Below are positions 34,356 to 39,398 of a stretch of DNA of 39,398 nt, piece by piece. Where the stretch lies: positions 72,603 through 112,000 of the forward strand of contig BLSG01000427.1 of NCBI GenBank assembly GCA_012862495.1. The letters run 5' to 3'. The DNA is from Thraustochytrium aureum. Its lineage: Eukaryota. The notes under the pieces were generated by a model. The model was not told where the DNA came from and did not search any database. It worked only from the letters and a program-made list of their open reading frames with translations. A program made the translations under genes and the position numbers. The first letter of the stretch is position 1, and every line of letters begins with the position of its first letter.

Positions 34356-36289
34356 ATGGCGAAGGATGGCGCGGACGGCGCGGCAGGGATGGCGATGAGC
34401 GAGCTGGCCGGAAAGCGAAGGGCCAAACGCGGTCGTGGTGGGGATGGTCGCGCTGAACTGCTGCTTGCTGGTGTTTTCGCACCTCGGCACGAGCGGGGTC
34501 GTGGACTCGAACTTGAGCGAGCTTGGCGCGCACGGCGAGGGACGGCGCGCGCTCCAGAGCTTGCGCGACCAGTGCTTGAACGAAGCGGACGCTGCGCTCT
34601 TCCGCAAGCTCAAGCTCGACAGCATGGTGTCGATGCTGATGAACTGCAACCTCGGCGGAAACAAGCCGTGCTTTGCGGACGTGCCATGCGTGACGCAGTG
34701 CGTGTCTGGCGGGTCTGGGTTCACTTCGGCATGTTCCGTCTGCTTTGGCGAAGCGAGCGCCTGCACGCTTGACAAGTGCATCACGGACAACCCGGTCTGC
34801 ATGGACGCGAGCGACCCTGCATGCCATCAGTGTCTGCGCGACAAGTGCTCGCTCGGGTTTTTGCGCTGCACTGGGCTTGACCTCCCCCCGAGCTTTGGCG
34901 ACGAGGGCGACAGCCGCCCGGGCGGGAGCGCGCCGGGAGCCGACGCGGGGTTTGCAACGTGCAAGGCGCTTCGCCCGCTTTACAAGGTCCAGTTTGTGGA
35001 CGCGATTCGCAAGGCCTGGAATGGGGGCGCCCAGTGGCTCGCCGTCGTGCTGGGGGTCGCCTCGGGGGTGTGGCCGTACCTGAAAAACGCGCTCATCCTC
35101 GCCGTCTGGTTCCGGCCCATGAGCGTCGCGACGCGCGGCAGCCTGCTAGAGTGGCTGGGCAGGCTGGGCAAGTGGTCCTTCGTGGACGTGTTCATCATGG
35201 TGTTGCTGAACGCGACGCTGCGGATCGAAAAACAGCTGAGCGCAAAACTTGTGTTCCTCATCCTCGCCTACCCGCGGCCGGGCGTGTACTGCTTTTGCAT
35301 TGCCGCCACGCTCTCGCTTTTGCAGAGCGAATGGCTGAGGATCCAGAACACCGACTTTGCGGCGGTTATCGCGCAGCAGTCGCGACGCACTGCCCCCGCG
35401 CTCACTGACGGCCGCTTGCGTAGCAACTGGCGCCGCGCCCTTGCCGACAACATTGTGCACAGCCGCGTGCTGGACCGGCAGTCCTCGCTGACTCTTCGGC
35501 TCATGGTCCCGGGGTTTTGCCTCGTGCTGCTGATCGTGGGGTGCTACTTGGTCGACGCTGTGACGTTCGAGGTCGGGGGCACCGTGGCGCTCATGCCGGG
35601 CGCCAACCTGTACACTTACTCTGTGGACCAAGTGATGCGCTCGATACTCGGCGCGACTGTGTGCTCCAACGAAGCTGCGTCGGAGCCCGGCCGCGTCCTG
35701 CTCTTTTCCGTATTCTTCGTCACCGTACTCACAATGCCTGCGGTGGTGTGCATCTCCACGGCTCTCCTGTGGGTCGTGCGCACGCGAGCATCTCTGCTCG
35801 AGTCGCGGATGCTGCGACGCTGCCAGCCTGGCGCTGCGGCGCAGAATTCGATGGGCTACTACCCGGGGGAGCGGGAGCCGGCGGCTTGCCGCAACTGTAG
35901 ACCTTTGCAGCGCGTTTGCCTGTTTGGACGTGTTTGTGGTTTCGCTCGTCATTGTCGCCATGGAGGTCGGCAAGGTGGTGCGAGCGGTGGGGGCGTCGGC
36001 GCAGGTGAGCGGCGTCGACGTGGACATGACCGTGACTTTGCAGCCAGGCGCGTACATGCTTGTCCTTGCAGTGTTGTTGTTTTGGGTGATGCAGCTCTTG
36101 AGTTGGTATGGCGCAGACACGGAGAGATATCTGGGGAGCCGCGGTGTCTCCGTGGCCATGGCGGACCTCCCTCCCGGCCGGTCGCCGTTCGACCCAGAAT
36201 CTAGTTCAGACTCAAGCGAGCCGAACGGGCTGGATGAGGACATAGCTGTTGACGAGGAGCGCCTCGCGCTGTTTGCCTCCGTAGGCTAG
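34356..36289 (+). CDS. PqiA (paraquat-inducible protein A)-like multipass membrane protein with a Cys-rich luminal domain; frameshifts near 34425 and 35870
   Basis: PqiA-type motifs SGVWPYLK…LGRLGKWSFVDVFIMVL and, after a frameshift next to a ggggg run, LCSAFACLDVFVVSLV…LQPGAY. Multiple TM segments and a Cys-rich region at 34570-34870. Stop TAG at 36287-36289. Confidence 0.75.
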
Positions 36290-37271
36290 CTCGAGCCCAA
36301 GCCAGTGCGCTAGTTTACTAAAGTGCGTGGTATGATGCACGTTTTTTTATCAGCGAAGCGGGCTGCCGTCGGTGATAGTCGCCCAGATTCAGGCGTTCCT
36401 GGGTGGACCTGGAACAACCCCCCAAAAACAAACCCACCGCGCGTCCTCGGTTGTCACGGGCGGCCAATTTGANNNNNNNNNNNNNNNNNNNNNNNNNNNN
36501 NNNNNNNNNNNNNNNNNNNNNNNNNNNNNNNNNNNNNNNNNNNNNNNNNNNNNNNNNNNNNNNNNNNNNNNNNNNNNNNNNNNNNNNNNNNNNNNNNNNN
36601 NNNNNNNNNNNNNNNNNNNNNNNNNNNNNNNNNNNNNNNNNNNNNNNNNNNNNNNNNNNNNNNNNNNNNNNNNNNNNNNNNNNNNNNNNNNNNNNNNNNN
36701 NNNNNNNNNNNNNNNNNNNNNNNNNNNNNNNNNNNNNNNNNNNNNNNNNNNNNNNNNNNNNNNNNNNNNNNNNNNNNNNNNNNNNNNNNNNNNNNNNNNN
36801 NNNNNNNNNNNNNNNNNNNNNNNNNNNNNNNNNNNNNNNNNNNNNNNNNNNNNNNNNNNNNNNNNNNNNNNNNNNNNNNNNNNNNNNNNNNNNNNNNNNN
36901 NNNNNNNNNNNNNNNNNNNNNNNNNNNNNNNNNNNNNNNNNNNNNNNNNNNNNNNNNNNNNNNNNNNNNNNNNNNNNNNNNNNNNNNNNNNNNNNNNNNN
37001 NNNNNNNNNNNNNNNNNNNNNNNNNNNNNNNNNNNNNNNNNNNNNNNNNNNNNNNNNNNNNNNNNNNNNNNNNNNNNNNNNNNNNNNNNNNNNNNNNNNN
37101 NNNNNNNNNNNNNNNNNNNNNNNNNNNNNNNNNNNNNNNNNNNNNNNNNNNNNNNNNNNNNNNNNNNNNNNNNNNNNNNNNNNNNNNNNNNNNNNNNNNN
37201 NNNNNNNNNNNNNNNNNNNNNNNNNNNNNNNNNNNNNNNNNNNNNNNNNNNNNNNNNNNNNNNNNNNNNNN

Positions 37272-39398
37272 GGGCTCGTGCCTGCCGCGTGCCTGCCGCG
37301 TGCCTGCATGCATACAGACAGAGCCTGCTTTGACTGCGGCACCGCTCTGTGTTTCGCGGCGGTCGCTAACCAACTCGCGCGACCATAATCATCGAACGAC
37401 GACGCGACAACGACAACAACAACATCAACAGTCTCGGGGGCAACGGCATTGGCGATGCAGGGGCTGGCACGCTGGCAAAATCGCTCAAGACCAACACGAC
37501 GCTGTCTTCGTTGGGGTAAGTCGTGGCAAATTTGGCAGTGCGCTGGTGGCTGCACCGCTCGGCGTTTCTCGGTGGTGGCTGACCGACTCGCGGTGCGACC
37601 ATCTTCATCGTCGAACGACTACAACAACAACAACAGTCTTGGGGGCAACGGCATCGGCGATTTAGGAGCTGGCTCGCTGGCCAAGGCGCTTGAGACCAAC
37701 TCGTCGCTGACAAGGCTGGAGTAAGTAGTGGCAGAGATTGCAGAGCGATGGTGGCTGTCGAGTGCACTTCTGCGTCGTGACTGCGTGCATACGGGCTTTA
37801 TTCAGACAGAGCCTGCTTAGACTTCCGCACCGCTCTGTGTTTCGCGGCGGTCGCTAACCAACTCGCGCGACCATCATCATCGAACGACGACGATAACAAC
37901 AACAACAACACAACAACAGTTTTGGGGGCAACGGCCTCGGCGATGCAGGGGCTGGCATGCTGGCCAAGGCGCTCACGACCAACTCGACGCTGACTTCGCT
38001 CTAGTAAGTCGTGGCAGGGATGGCAGTGCGCTGGGTGGCTGTCGAGTGCGCTCGTGCCTGCCTCGTGGCTGCATGCATTCAGACAGGGCTTGCTTGCGCG
38101 AGCGCACCGCTCTGTGTTTATCGGTCATGGCTGACCAAATCGCACGACCATCGACGTCATCGTCGTTCGATGACAACAACAGTCTTGGGTGGAGCAGCAT
38201 CAACGATGTAGGGGCTGGCACACTGGCCAAGGCACTCGAGACCAACTCGACGCTGACTTCGCTCTAGTATGTCGTGGTAGGGATGGCAGTGCGCTGGTGA
38301 CTGTCGAGTGCGCTCGTGCCTGCCTCGTGGCTGCATGCATTCAGACAGGGCTTGCTTGCGCGAGCGCACCGCTCTGTGTTTCGCGGCCATGGCTGACCAA
38401 CTCGCACGACCATCGTCATCAAACGACGAACGACAACAGTCTCAACAACAACGGCATCGGCACTGCAGGCGCTGGCTCNNNNNNNNNNNNNNNNNNNNNN
38501 NNNNNNNNNNNNNNNNNNNNNNNNNNNNNNNNNNNNNNNNNNNNNNNNNNNNNNNNNNNNNNNNNNNNNNNNNNNNNNNNNNNNNNNNNNNNNNNNNNNN
38601 NNNNNNNNNNNNNNNNNNNNNNNNNNNNNNNNNNNNNNNNNNNNNNNNNNNNNNNNNNNNNNNNNNNNNNNNNNNNNNNNNNNNNNNNNNNNNNNNNNNN
38701 NNNNNNNNNNNNNNNNNNNNNNNNNNNNNNNNNNNNNNNNNNNNNNNNNNNNNNNNNNNNNNNNNNNNNNNNNNNNNNNNNNNNNNNNAGCTCAACGACA
38801 TCAGCGCTGACGGAGCTGGCGCGCTGACCAGGGCGCTCGAGACCAACTCGACGCTGACTTCGCTGGTGTAAGTCGTGGCAGGGATGGCAGTGCGCTGGTG
38901 GCTGTCGAGTGTGCTCGTGACTGCCTCGTGCATTCAGACAGAGCCTGCTTAGACTGCCGCACCGCTCTGTATTTCTCGGTGGTGGCTGACCAACTCGCGG
39001 CGCGACCGTCGTCATCATCGAACAACAACAACAACAACAACAACATCAGTCTTGGGGGTAACGGCATTGGCGATGCGGGGGCTGGCGCGCTGGCCAAGAC
39101 GCTCGAGACCACCTCGACGCTGACTTCGCTGGTGTAAGTCGTCTCAGGGATGGCAGTGCCCTGGTGGCTGCCGAGTGCGCTCGTGCCTGCCTCGTGCCTG
39201 CATTCATTCAAAAAGTCTGCTTGCGTCCGTGCTGTGTTTCTCGGCAGTGGCTGACCAACTCGCGCGACCATCGTCATCATCAAATGACACACACCAACAG
39301 GCTCAACAACAATGGCATCGAAGCTGCAGGGGCTGGCGCGCTGGCCAAGGCGCTCGAGACCAACTCGACGCTGACTAGGCTGGAGTAAGTTGCTGCAG
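37272..39398 (+). repeat. Tandem array of homologous intron+exon units (about 205-285 bp)
   Basis: Introns of 121, 199, 179, 173, 182 and 167 nt share GTAAGTCGTGGCAGGGATGGCAGTGCGCTGGTGGCTG…CACCGCTCTGTGTTTC…GCTRACCAACTCGCGCGACCATC…(CAA)n-CAG. Confidence 0.92.
37432..39384 (+). CDS. Leucine-rich repeat protein (RI/NLRC3-type, 28 aa) built from 84-nt exons; partial at both ends
   Basis: Exons 37432-37515, 37637-37720, 37920-38003, 38183-38266, 38440-(gap 38479), (gap)38789-38867, 39050-39133 and 39301-39384. Every visible boundary is CAG|…|GTAAGT or GTATGT. The spliced product reads LGGNGIGDAGAGTLAKSLKTNTTLSSLG-LGGNGIGDLGAGSLAKALETNSSLTRLD-FGGNGLGDAGAGMLAKALTTNSTLTSLY-LGWSSINDVGAGTLAKALETNSTLTSLY-LNNNGIGTAGAG…LNDISADGAGALTRALETNSTLTSLV-LGGNGIGDAGAGALAKTLETTSTLTSLV-LNNNGIEAAGAGALAKALETNSTLTRL. 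Confidence 0.9.

Noticed and set aside
36318..37665. Long ORFs spanning the 800-nt N gap
   Set aside because: Their length comes from translating Ns. No real sequence supports them.
37400..39310. Diversity-generating retroelement (AAC-rich template, variable codons)
   Set aside because: No reverse transcriptase in the window. The AAC runs are intronic, and variants such as aac versus ggg or tgg change non-adenine positions, which is inconsistent with adenine-specific mutagenesis.
37449..39388. Short ORFs in the track with polyN/polyS N-termini ending after one LRR
   Set aside because: They are read-through of intronic CAA tracts into single exons. The stops come from phase-2 donor sequences (NN|G TAA or TA|G).
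37272..39398. CRISPR-like repeat/spacer array
   Set aside because: The units are homologous along their whole length, with no unique spacers. They have GT-AG boundaries and encode LRRs. No cas genes are present and the context is eukaryotic.

Overview
GC-rich, gene-dense, intron-poor eukaryotic (protist) draft scaffold with about 10 N-gaps and several single-base frameshifts, many in homopolymer runs. The style suggests a stramenopile, possibly a labyrinthulomycete (inference). Contents, in order: (1) one giant multidomain gene, <1-16317, about 5,400 aa, split by frameshifts, with Tudor-like repeats, EF-hands, PUB domains, WD40, a pseudokinase and ARM/HEAT-like helices; (2) a RhoGAP-like/RhoGEF (DH) fusion; (3) a sirtuin; (4) a type II membrane protein with EGF-like and Pro/Thr repeats; (5) a spliced coiled-coil gene; (6) hypothetical genes; (7) a cNMP-binding GYG K+ channel; (8) an ET-domain/C2H2 zinc-finger gene; (9) a PqiA-family membrane protein. 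The most striking element is at the right end (37272-39398, running off the window), and the ORF track misses it. It is a tandem array of at least 8 symmetric 84-nt phase-2 exons, each encoding one 28-aa RI/NLRC3-type LRR. The exons sit in homologous introns with CAA-microsatellite acceptors, vary mainly around the LxxN strand, and show mosaic similarity between non-adjacent units. This makes it a candidate cassette-shuffled, variable LRR receptor locus.
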